A stretch of 64,000 nucleotides of DNA from Antedon mediterranea. Taxonomy: Eukaryota; Animalia; Echinodermata. The notes beneath the pieces are model-generated. The model made no database searches, had not been told where the DNA came from, and was given only the letters and a program-made list of their open reading frames with translations. The stretch spans positions 24,535,432 to 24,599,431 of the forward strand of contig NC_092679.1 in NCBI RefSeq assembly GCF_964355755.1, written 5' to 3'. A program made the translations under genes and the position numbers. Below are positions 53,801-61,978 of this stretch, piece after piece (position 1 is the first letter of the stretch; every line of letters begins with the position of its first letter).

Positions 53801-56701
53801 GATTTAATAGATAAGGTGGGGAACGCAAAATTTGTTAGTAAATTTGACCTTTTAAAAGGCTACTGGCAAGTGCCACTAACGCCGCGCGCCCAGGAAATTT
53901 CTGCGTTCTGTACCCCGTTCGGGCTTTATCAATACAGGGTGATGCCGTTTGGCCTTAAGAATGCGCCCGCGACATTTCAACGAATGGTAAATCGACTTGT
54001 AGCGAACGTAGAAGGCTGCGAGGCGTATGTTGATGACCTGATTGTATACAGTCAAACTTGGGAGCAACACATGCAACAGTTAAATGAAATGTTTAAAGCT
54101 TTGTCACAAGCAAACCTAACTGTAAACTTAAGTAAGAGTGAATTCTGTCATGCTACGGTTACGTATCTTGGTCATGTTGTGGGGCAGGGAAGGGTTAGAC
54201 CCATCAGGGCTAAGGTTGAGAGTATTTATTGGTACCCAGCACCCACAAACAAAAAATCGTAGATGAGGTTTTTAGGGATGGTGGGGTACTATCGGAAGTT
54301 TTGTCCCAATTTTTCTAGCGTAGCAGGTCCTCTTACAGAATTGCTTAAGAAGAATGTAAAATTTAAGTGGTCGGATATATGTGAAAGTGCCTTTAGGAAA
54401 ATTAAGTCTATGCTAATGTGTGAACCAATCCTTATAGCACCGGATTTTAAGAAACAATTCCGTTTGTATGTAGACGCCTGTGATGTGGAGATTGGTAGCG
54501 TTCTCATGCAGAAGAACGTTTATGGGATAGAATGTCCCGTATGTTATTTTTCTAGAAAATTAAGTAAACACCAAATGAATTATTCGACTATTGAGAAAGA
54601 ATGTCTGGCACTATTGGAGTCGTTAACGCATTTTGATGTATATCTAAGCACTACCGTAGACCCAATACTTGTGTTCACTGACCACAACCCACTTACCTTT
54701 ATTTATAAAATGCGAAATAAAAATCAGCGGTTGCTGAGGTGGGGACTAACTTTACAAGAATACAATGTTGAGATTAAGCATGTTAAAGGAAAGGAAAATG
54801 TGATTGCCGATGCTCTGTCTCGTGGGGTGTGAACAATATTATGAATGTAATGCAAATGAATATAAATATTATGAATGTAATGCAAATGAATATAAATATT
54901 ATGAATGTAATGCAAATGAATATAAATATTAAGAATGTAATGCAAATGAATATAGATGTGTAAAATTAAGAATAATGTATGTATACTTGTGTAAAAAAAA
55001 AAATAGTAAATAATACAAGTTAAAATAGTGATATGTAGCCCTAAGGTAAAGAAAAGTAGGAAATGTAATAAAAATGGAAGTGTTAAAAAAAAAAAATAGA
55101 TGAATAAAATGAAAATATATGATGTAATGTGAAATTGAAATTGTGTAATAAATTAGAGATGTTTTTGTAAATACCAGTGGTTGGTGAGGAGGCACCAAAA
55201 GTTTTCCTGACGAAAAACTAACTTTAAGGGGGAGAGTGTTACGTGTGACGAGAGTCAGGTGTCACATGTCGCATGCAAATGAATCAAGTCGTCGGTGGTC
55301 AAGTGGACGAATCAGAATGGAGCATGGTGGTGCGCGGTATTTTGGAAAGCTGTGCTGGGTGTGTGATACAAAGAAGGGAGTCACTCAGGAGACAGGGCCA
55401 GCTAAGGACGCTTGCGGTTAGAACTGTGCTTGATACTGGAAGCAAGGCATGACGATAAGAATAAGAAGGTTGTGATGTGTACAGATGGCCAGGCAAACCA
55501 ACCACTCGGTATCATACGTATCTATAATTGTGTTGTTATGTATTTTGTGCTTCGTGAAAGGAAATAAATGGAGCTCGTGCTCTTTGCATAATACTCTGAG
55601 TGTCGACTATTGTTTGTTCCAAGCCTCGTTGTTGCTATTTATTTAGGTATTTCGGCCTAGGCCAAAAGTGGTCGTAACACTATGTTTTGATAGCAAGTCT
55701 AACCGTTGGTGGCGGTAGACTATGTTGTGTATTTACTAGACTACATTAATTTTTGTTATTTTTACATTTATTTTGATTTATTTTAAGTTACAATGAGAGT
55801 GATAATATTATTTAATTGTGTATGCCATTTATGTTGTGTATGTTATCTTCGCATTTATTATGTTTCATTTTGAGTTATTAGTTTCGAATAAATTATTATT
55901 GTTAACCGATCGTCGACGTTAGCACGCATTCTGGTAGAATTCTGCTGCGCCATTTGAAAATTTTACAAATTGTGCAGCGCAATTTGAAATTGCGCAAGGA
56001 TTTTCTTGCGCAATTTGATATTGCGCAAGTTTGTTGCAAGTTGCGCAAGAAAATCCATGCGCAATTTCAAATTGCGCAAGAATTCTTTGCGCAATTTCAA
56101 ATTGCGCAAGGAATTCTTTGCGCAATTTTAAATTTCGCAAATTGTTCAAATCGCGCATAACATATACACAGGTGGCTAGTACCAGTAGGCCTAGCTAGCC
56201 TAGGCCCTATCCTATTATATAGTAGGCCTAGTTACAAATTAGGCCTAACTTAGCTACCTATGCTAGGCCTAGGCCTCTAGCCTAAATTTAAAAGGGTAGC
56301 CTAGGCCTATAGCCTCTAGCTACCCTCCTAGCTAGAGTCTAGGCCTAGGCCTAGGCCTAGCTAGGCTATTTACTATTTTACAAACAAAAAGGCTACATGT
56401 TGTATAACATATACATGCCTAGCCTAGTAGCTCTACTGTACTATACGTCATAGCTAGTAGGCTAGAGAATACTAGACTAGGGCCTAGGTCTCTACTCTCT
56501 AAGCCCTCTAGCTAGCCTAGGCCTATTTATTTATTTATTATCCTAGCCAGCCTAGGCCTAGGGCCTAGTAGGAGGCCACTACCGGGGCGGGGTCCCTTCC
56601 TTGCGTGCCGTGCATTGCCATTTTCGTGTAATGCGACAGACTTACTTGTATTTTGTAATTACTCTCCTCTTGCTTAACATTGGTGGCATATAAAGCGTCA
56701 T
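47808..56701 (-). CDS. CIMIP6: Ciliary microtubule inner protein 6-like (C2orf73 family); 4 exons, 221 aa
   Basis: Exons 56701-56646, 48979-48579, 48274-48162, 47903-47808 (666 nt, phases 2/1/0). Motifs GFL..CRLLHQPICHV, HWWP, STTNRSDY, GIVP and ISYNHQYNAR.KPTEPIRGKLHG align with recalled human C2orf73 motifs (WW, [34 protein letters not shown]). Confidence 0.8.
48340..48540. repeat. Degenerate ~20-bp tandem repeat (AAGCTACAACTCCACT) in CIMIP6 intron 2
   Basis: GCTACAACTCCA-like units repeat about 8 times. Confidence 0.7.
49645..50087 (+). repeat. 5' LTR (443 bp)
   Basis: TGTTACG...CGTAACA; no differences from the 3' LTR seen by eye; AATAAA at ~49971. Confidence 0.97.
50093..50109 (+). promoter_or_regulatory. 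Primer binding site complementary to the tRNA-Pro 3' end
   Basis: TGGGGGCTCGTCCGGGA, 17/18 match to the MLV-type tRNA-Pro PBS, 5 nt after the LTR. Confidence 0.9.
50195..54262 (+). CDS. Gag-Pol polyprotein: capsid (SCAN-like), CCHC knuckle, protease, integrase, reverse transcriptase; ends at an in-frame TAG
   Basis: ELVPEAYRQRFR..LIEEF (SCAN-like CA); CYHCKKPGHVMSQC; protease RDTCCAQS..LLGNDL; integrase HDNSMSGHLG..CHIC, IDCVGP, SDQG, ERFHQTLK, GPY; RT WSSP..KFDLLKGYWQ..MPFGLKNAPATFQ..YVDD. The first ATG is at 50195. Confidence 0.93.
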   Translation: MEFEAEKYLAECVSWEKFNTLKKPDLLALGRYFDLHLKQSTRKQVVKNKLIETLVREEYLEESCLKEVIVVEEVESEAVKLKELELQMAKMEIDKERMMMEMEMERAKQKADVELELAKLQYQIERDIIEREREGKVNVASAPNAFDASKHIRLVPKFQETEVDEYFQHFEKIAYSMKWPTEKWTLLLQSVFIGKAREIYSALPLHECSDYEIVKKAVLSAYELVPEAYRQRFRNARIQCEQTHVEFARVKEQMFDRWVSSKDVELNYDNLKQMMLIEEFKRCIHVDIKIHLDERKIDTLKDAAVYADDYALTHKLSAININNPNHEDKPRDYKRVSDTKRQSPFKSKRWDKPKVLTCYHCKKPGHVMSQCYFLKRNSSNKSSLPVGCATLKGDTNNISKVNKQIECNKTNENFAPFMSEARVSLKGDDCFKRIRVMRDTCCAQSMMLEGALSFGKSSSTSMTALIRGVGMNVINVPLHKVIIDSELVKGEAIIGVVPELPVKGIDMLLGNDLAGGRVLPELMINDNLTRTLQESNVLCETGTPDNDWEYPACAVTRAMTQKIEDRMSDNDGLDLEGTFMSNLEFYNPGEDIKKTKCDTSLNVGSGEPKNRKREPLSTEMLIKEQEDDSFIQKLGSRVLPKEEAAKLPVCFYKENNVVMRKWRPRHAQVHDVWAVVHQIVVPKVYHDDVIGIAHDNSMSGHLGVRKTHDKIIQHFWWPSLKKEVSRYCRLCHICQVVGKPNKKIPVAPLKPIPAFGEPFSKVMIDCVGPLPKTKSGNQYLLTIMCCSTRFPEAVPLRNIKAATVVKALIKFFTLVGLPTSIQSDQGTNFKSGLFQQIMLQLGIEQSTSSAYHPESQGAIERFHQTLKNMLRAYCVEFQREWDEGVHLVLFAARESVQETLGFSPFQLVFGHSVRGPLKLLKDKWLQGELNNVNLLDYVCDFRHKLNRATVIAKANLVKAQTKMKTWYDKNAKSRVFKPGDKVLALFPIQGSPMQARFHGPYKIDSKINDLNYVINTPGRRKSRQLCHINMLKEYAEHVSRDVKPNCAAVACNNDGGSRNDLKEKGKEYDLKLSNSDVMNNLQQKLTHLSIEQQSQLSTLVNKWNGIFSDTPSVTNAAIHDIIVGDTQPIKQHPYRVNPIKMEYLHKEIEYMFKNSIIELSKSDWSSPCMLVPKSDGSYRLVADMRAVNRCSKTDSYPIPRIEDLIDKVGNAKFVSKFDLLKGYWQVPLTPRAQEISAFCTPFGLYQYRVMPFGLKNAPATFQRMVNRLVANVEGCEAYVDDLIVYSQTWEQHMQQLNEMFKALSQANLTVNLSKSEFCHATVTYLGHVVGQGRVRPIRAKVESIYWYPAPTNKKS
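54263..54832 (+). CDS. RT thumb/connection + RNase H, same frame as gag-pol, downstream of the in-frame stop
   Basis: RFLGMVGYYRKF, LYVDACD, YSTIEKECLA, TDHNPL, ADALSR. Confidence 0.85.
   Translation: MRFLGMVGYYRKFCPNFSSVAGPLTELLKKNVKFKWSDICESAFRKIKSMLMCEPILIAPDFKKQFRLYVDACDVEIGSVLMQKNVYGIECPVCYFSRKLSKHQMNYSTIEKECLALLESLTHFDVYLSTTVDPILVFTDHNPLTFIYKMRNKNQRLLRWGLTLQEYNVEIKHVKGKENVIADALSRGV
54835..54954 (+). repeat. 30-bp tandem repeat x4 in the retrotransposon 3' UTR, each unit carrying the octamer ATGCAAAT
   Basis: Unit AATATTATGAATGTAATGCAAATGAATATA. Confidence 0.9.
55237..55679 (+). repeat. 3' LTR (443 bp)
   Basis: Direct repeat of 49645-50087, preceded by the PPT. Confidence 0.97.
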
Positions 56702-56871
56702 ATTTGTTTTTTATCATTTATAGTCGAATAAGCTTGCAGAAGACCAGGTTAATAAGATGTAGGCCTAGGCCTGCCCTCCTTGAGAAATGATACTATTCTC
56801 TAGTAGGCCTCCTCCTCTACCTAGCCTCGCCTCTCCTCCTACTACTACAACTAGCTTCTTTTGATTATCGC

Positions 56872-56886
56872 GTTGCTAATAGTAAC
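56872..56886. promoter_or_regulatory. RFX X-box upstream of the CIMIP6-like gene
   Basis: GTTGCT-AAT-AGTAAC, ~170 bp upstream of the ATG at 56701; fits GTNRCY(N0-3)RGYAAC, typical of ciliary gene promoters. Confidence 0.6.
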
Positions 56887-57369
56887 CAAGGAGTCACAAG
56901 CTACTGTGTGTACATTTGCGTCAGCTTGCGTCAACTTACCGTCGTCAATACACTAACGCGTCAATTATCAAGTACATTTTACCTCATTTTATAACAGATT
57001 AATTCAAAGAATACTGTACTGTAGTATTTTGATCTGCCTCCGATTCCGATATAATATACAGTATTTACAAACCTAAAGGCAATTTCTTCTTTATTTTCAA
57101 AGTGAAGCACTCCTTAGTTTCCACGCACTTACAGGATGTGATTTCATCTCTGCTTTTTACCGAAAAGGAAAATCAATGCCATCTATTTAGAAAAAAATTC
57201 AAAACATCACTCGGTAGTGATGATGTATTTGATTGGCGATCACTGCATACATGCCAGATGTACAGGTTCAAAACGTAAAATGAGGCAAGGTACCAGTCAT
57301 TTATTAGATGGTAATAAGGGGAGTGTATAGGTGAAAAAAATAAATATTCAATACGAACTGCAGCCAGAT

Positions 57370-57592
57370 GTACTTTATTTCATGCAGAGACATTCACAAC
57401 CAGTTTTGTAAGCAAGACTATTCTAAAAAGCGAGTCTGGATATTTTCACATATCAGTGTCTCTGAGGAAAGAAAAAGACAGGCACCAAACACTAGTCCTC
57501 AAAAACATTTAAAAAGTATGTTCTCCCTGCCACTGATGGAAAGAAACCAGCTGTCTGCAAGATATTCTTACATACGTTAGGATACAGACACG
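57370..57592 (+). pseudogene. Degenerate DNA transposase fragment (Sola1-like)
   Basis: RDIHNQF..KRVWIFSHI followed, after a frameshift, by VCKIFLHTLGY, which resembles the VCKxFFLxTLG motif. Confidence 0.4.
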
Positions 57593-57595
57593 ACA

Positions 57596-58295
57596 CTCGA
57601 GATTGGGTTCAAACCTCTATGGATATTTTTTAATATTTAAAAAAAAAAAATGTTTTTCTTTTATTGTGAAAGAGAGATATTTAGAAGGTTGACAATGTCA
57701 GGACAAGGCAAGAATTAATGGACCATTTTAAAAATCAAAAACACATTCATTTTTCCATTAAATAGAATACCATAAAACCTCGAAAATAAGCCCATGTGCT
57801 CAGTCATGTTTTTAGTACTTTTAAGTGAAAATATAGGATTCTTTTCCACAAGCTCTTTAAACAGCTTGGTATGCCGCGCGTTGTTATGCAAATGAGTTTG
57901 TGCAGGTTTATTGTGGAAGATGACATTGTTAGTAGTCATTCGCGGTCAACACGCCACACTGTTAAATTTAATTTTGTTAAACTTTATTAGAAATTGAAAT
58001 AATGTAAAGAAACAGCGGAAACATAGCAGCTCCCCTCCTATAATTTGCAAAAGTAATCTCGAAAAGAACCCCACGTGGAAAAGAAGCCTGCCCGTTGAAA
58101 AGTTGGCTTATTTTCGAGGTTTTATAATGGTTTTTGAATGGAATGGAAAATGAATGCGTTTCTGATTTTAAAAACGGTCCATTAATTCATGCCTAGTCCT
58201 AACATTTTCAACCCTCTAAATTTATAAAAAAAAAAAAATAAATCATTTTCATTTAAATTAAAAAACATCCGTAAAGGTTCGAACCGAATCTCGAG
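57596..58295. repeat. Long imperfect inverted repeat (~200-bp arms)
   Basis: CTCGAGATT.GGTTC.AACCT..GAATTAATGGACC..ATAAAACCTCGAAAATAAGCC (57596-57792) versus its reverse complement at 58104-58295. Confidence 0.8.
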
Positions 58296-58443
58296 AGAGT
58301 TGAGAGTACTCAACACTGAGCAGCATTACCAGTTACTCCACAAAGTAGACATGAATGAACAGCTGATAATAGTCTATTATACGTGTATTACGTAATTCAT
58401 CATTACGTCATTAATATCCTATTAACCTTGCTAAAACCAAAAT

Positions 58444-58762
58444 GATCAGTTAGCTCAGTCGCCTGAGCGTCGTGTTAACAACACGTATGTCGTGGGTTTG
58501 ATTCAATTCCCACGCTGGTCGGTGGAAAAGAGTTAAGGCTATGCGAGCCACTGTGTTTAGGGTTCACAGATCATACGTCCCCCTTTCCACCACACATCAT
58601 GAGGCGACAACATCAATGCATCTGGTGATGGGCTGGAAACGACCCCAAAAGGCTGTGGCAGGGCCTTAGTGCTGAGGCAGGGAGAGCACATTTAACACCT
58701 TTTTTTTTTTGGCCCTCGCCAACTGCTTTGATGTTTTAAATTTTATGTTTAGCGCCCTCAAT
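58444..58762 (+). mobile_element. tRNA-Ile-derived SINE (copy 2)
   Basis: Head GATCAGTTAGCTCAGTCGCCTGAGCGTCGTGTTAACAACACG..GTCGTGGGTTTGATTC, plus a body matching the reverse complement of 21212-21400. Confidence 0.75.
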
Positions 58763-59082
58763 ATATGGCCCTCCTGTCTGTTGTGGCGATTATGGCCTCT
58801 GTGGTGGTGGCGATCTCTACACACTGCCCTCTGTCTGTAGGTTCCTTTTAAAAATGAAAATAATAATGTCACCCCCATAAAATATTATGAAAATTGTATT
58901 CATATTATTGTTATATAAAGCAAACTGTCATTTTAGTAAGTGTTATTAGGAACAAAAAACATGCATTATAATATGTTTACCTAGGTTTCAATTTATTTCA
59001 CAAATACACGAATTCTGAATTTTAATTTTAAAAATACAGAGGGTGTGTGTTTAAAGAATGGATTTATATAAATCCCCATTGT

Positions 59083-59291
59083 GGCGCAGCCATTTTTGCA
59101 TCCGGTATCATGTCATCTTGGTTCTTTAGTGTGAGGGGGAGAAAGAGCATTTTGACTTTTTATATTAATTATCGTTTATAAAACCGCAGATACGGAAGTG
59201 TCATTAGGAATGTAGAGGTGTAAAGGAAAGATGGAATCGAAATAACACTTTCTTGTTGAATTAATGTTATTGTGATTGAAATAAGAAACAT
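59083..59291 (+). promoter_or_regulatory. Putative CCDC85 promoter / non-coding exon 1
   Basis: YY1-like GCAGCCATTTT (~59086), ETS CGGAAGTG (~59193), donor CAT|GTAAGT at 59291/59292, acceptor CCTACACAG at 59929. Confidence 0.5.
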
Positions 59292-59953
59292 GTAAGTTAA
59301 ACTATCGTTGATTGAATAATGTGTGTGTGTCGGATTGACTTGTTTGAAGTTTTATAGGCCTAGCCTAGGGTAGGCCTAGGCCTAAGGCTAGGCCTAGCTC
59401 TAGGTAGAATAGGGCCCTACTAGCTAGGCATAGACCTCGGTAGGCCTAGGCTAGCCTTGTTAAATAGAGGCTCTGCCCTTGTGTGTAGAGTGAGGACGGC
59501 CTACTAGTAGTAGTAGACCTAACTAGGCCTTGAATTACAAGAAAAATTGGTCGCATAATATTTAATTTGTTTAATTAATGTTTTTGAAAAAGTCCAATTC
59601 CGGCATTTTTTGTTGATGATTTATTTATATGGCACGCCGGTAGGTAGACCTACTACTACTACTAGCTAGGCTAGAGCTATAATAGGATAGCCTATAGGCC
59701 TATACTTTTGATGATGTTGGTCTTGTTTGAAATTGTTTTATTGTGGTCACTCTTCTATTTTGTATGAGTGATCATGTTCGTGTTTACAGATAGATTGAGT
59801 GATTTTTAGGATTTCCTTGTGCACTTTTAATCAAAATATTCAAATTGCTCAAGGAAATCCTAAAAATTCAATTTTACATTTGCTATATAAAGCAGTTTGG
59901 AATAAAATTGTTTTTTTATTCCTACACAGTGTTTAGGAAAAGTAGTTGGCATA

Positions 59954-61415
59954 ATGGATCCAAGAATGAGACCAAGCAGTGATGTCAAGGATAAACCAAG
60001 ATCCAAAACACCAGATCCAAATTGGGAAAGCTCACGGCAAAGGATGCATTCTGAAAATGTACGGCATACAGCGAATGATTCCAATAGAAATCATCCAGCT
60101 TCTACTGATTTTGAACAACATACAAGATATCAGTTCCACCAAGGTGGTCCTGTGGTAAACAATGAAGGACCTTATGGACGACTTGGGGAAGGCGGTCGTT
60201 CAAGACCTCCATATGGTGATAATAACCCAAAACGTAGTGATCAATATAGGTATGGACCAAGTAATGATTACCGAAACCCTCCACCTAATGGTGAACCGCC
60301 TTATCGACAACCAGACCCTGAAAAGCGCAGGATGTTGGAGCATGGAGGTCAAAATGTTTATGATTCATTTGATGCTGTCAGGGGTAGACCCCCACCCCCA
60401 CAATATAAACCACCAGAATCTAGAAATGTAATCTATGAGCCCACTCGTAGTAAAGCTGGTGTTTCACCTCAAGGAAAGGAAGGTCCCGTTGATCCTAATG
60501 TAATAAGAGGCAGGACTGATATGTATGCCTCCAGACCTTCAGTAAAAATGGATTTACACAAAAGTAGATCAGCTGAAGAAGTGAGAGCTCTTGGCGCTAA
60601 TCGGTCATTTGATGGTCAATCCAGGCCAATGGATAATAGGTCAGACCCACATACCAGTGTAGAGCAACCTTATGGCACCAGACCGCCACAGAATACTATG
60701 ACCAACAGCAACTCCTGGAACTCTGATGACCCAAACTCCTCCTCAATATATGACCAGGGCAGAAGGTCAAGTGAACAGAATGTTCCCATTAGACAATATC
60801 AGGGAGAAAATATTTCGCAAGCACCAAAACCCAAACCTAGAATAGTCCCAAGTGAAGAGGAATTAAGTAAATTATCTAAAGATGATTTAATTCGTCAATT
60901 ACGGAAATCGGAAATGGATCGTTTGTCCTCTGCGTCGGACAACAGTGCCAAAATGAAAGAGATTAATAGACGTATGCAAATTAACTTGACAGAAATAAGA
61001 GATTTACGAGAAGGAAAAGAAGCTATAGATACTGAAAATAAAGAACTTAGAGACTTGTGCTACTTTCTTGACGATGGTCGTCAAAAAGAGCGCAAACTTG
61101 CTCGAGAGTGGCAGCGGTTTGGGCGTTACACTGCTAACGTTATGCGGAATGAGGTTGCTGTTTACCAAAACAAACTGCAGGAACTTGGTGAAAGACAGGA
61201 AGAGCTTATTACAGAGAATTTAGAGCTGAAGGATGTTTGTATGATGTTGGATGAAGAGAAGACTGGTAGTCGTAGCTCAATCTGTAGTCAGTGTAATTCT
61301 ACCCTCAGCTCAATTCCAAGAGACCAGGGTGATGGCAGCTATGATGAGTCTAGTCCTACTGAAGTGCCCAAAGTTAACCCAATTACAAGTCTTAATACCA
61401 GTATCAATAACAACA
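59954..61415 (+). CDS. CCDC85: Coiled-coil domain-containing protein 85 (DUF2216), first coding exon; the rest of the gene was not found in the window
   Basis: ENKELRDLCYFLDDGRQKERKLAREWQRFGRYTANVMRNEVAVYQNKLQELGERQEELITENLELKDVC..RDQGDGS is the CCDC85 signature; donor ACA|GTAAGT at 61415/61416. Confidence 0.92.
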
Positions 61416-61478
61416 GTAAGTGAACAATATTTTTCTTTCAAATTTTTTTTGGAATAATTATGCCATTTTATTGTCAAT

Positions 61479-61978
61479 AGGGAGGTTTCGCAATCTTACG
61501 AATACGATAACAAAAACGGATACGTTACACATTTGTGAAACTTTTGAGCTGATCCCCATTTCATATTCGTAAAGCATATTCGTGTTGACGAATATCACCA
61601 GTCATATTCGTAACTACAAAACGAGTATAGTTTTTGATCTATTTTGCACATTTTGCATTTGAATCAGGAATGATTCATGATTATAATAATTATAGATTTA
61701 TTGAAAGTAATTTACTAAAGTAATTTACTAAAATGCCAAGTCAATTTTGGTAAATAGCAGTTTTTAAAGTCCTCACTCGCTTTGATGTTACGCTAGGCCT
61801 AGGCAGCCAAGCACCAAGCAACACATACCTGCGCTTCGCTCAAATTTACCGCAGTCATATTTTGGACGCGCCTCAATATTTCGTTGCCATGCGAAACAGA
61901 TTTTTTTATGGCTTACGAATACGTGTGCGTGACGTATCCGTTTTCGTTATCGTATTCGTAAGATTGCGAAACCTCCCT
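61479..61978. mobile_element. 500-bp MITE with ~50-bp TIRs (PIF/Harbinger-like)
   Basis: AGGGAGGTTTCGCAATCTTACGAATACGATAAC.AAAACGGATACGT and its reverse complement; flanked by AAT/AAT (or TA/TA). Confidence 0.85.

Larger units (their letters stand above)
49645..55679 (+). mobile_element. Full-length Gmr1-like Ty3/Gypsy LTR retrotransposon (6035 bp)
   Basis: TG..CA LTRs 49645-50087 and 55237-55679; TSD CTAT (49641-49644, 55680-55683); PBS; PPT AAGGGGGAGAG 55226-55236; single gag-pol frame. Confidence 0.97.
49278..56162. mobile_element. ~850-bp foldback DNA element (TGT..ACA termini, TATA flanks) split by the LTR insertion
   Basis: Left end TGTTATGCGCGATTTGAACGATTTGCGCAATTTAAAATTGCGCAAAGAATTCCTTGCGCAATTTGAA is the near-perfect reverse complement of ~56095-56162; TATA on both sides; many internal TTGCGCAA palindromes. 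Confidence 0.8.

Noticed and set aside
54260-54265. MLV-style programmed readthrough
   Set aside because: The stop lies inside the RT thumb, not at the gag-pol boundary, and lacks a CARYYA context or evident pseudoknot; a point mutation is more parsimonious.
56646-56717. Upstream ATG at 56717 as the CIMIP6 start
   Set aside because: It gives phase 0 at the donor, incompatible with the exon 2 acceptor; the ATG at 56701 gives the required phase 2.
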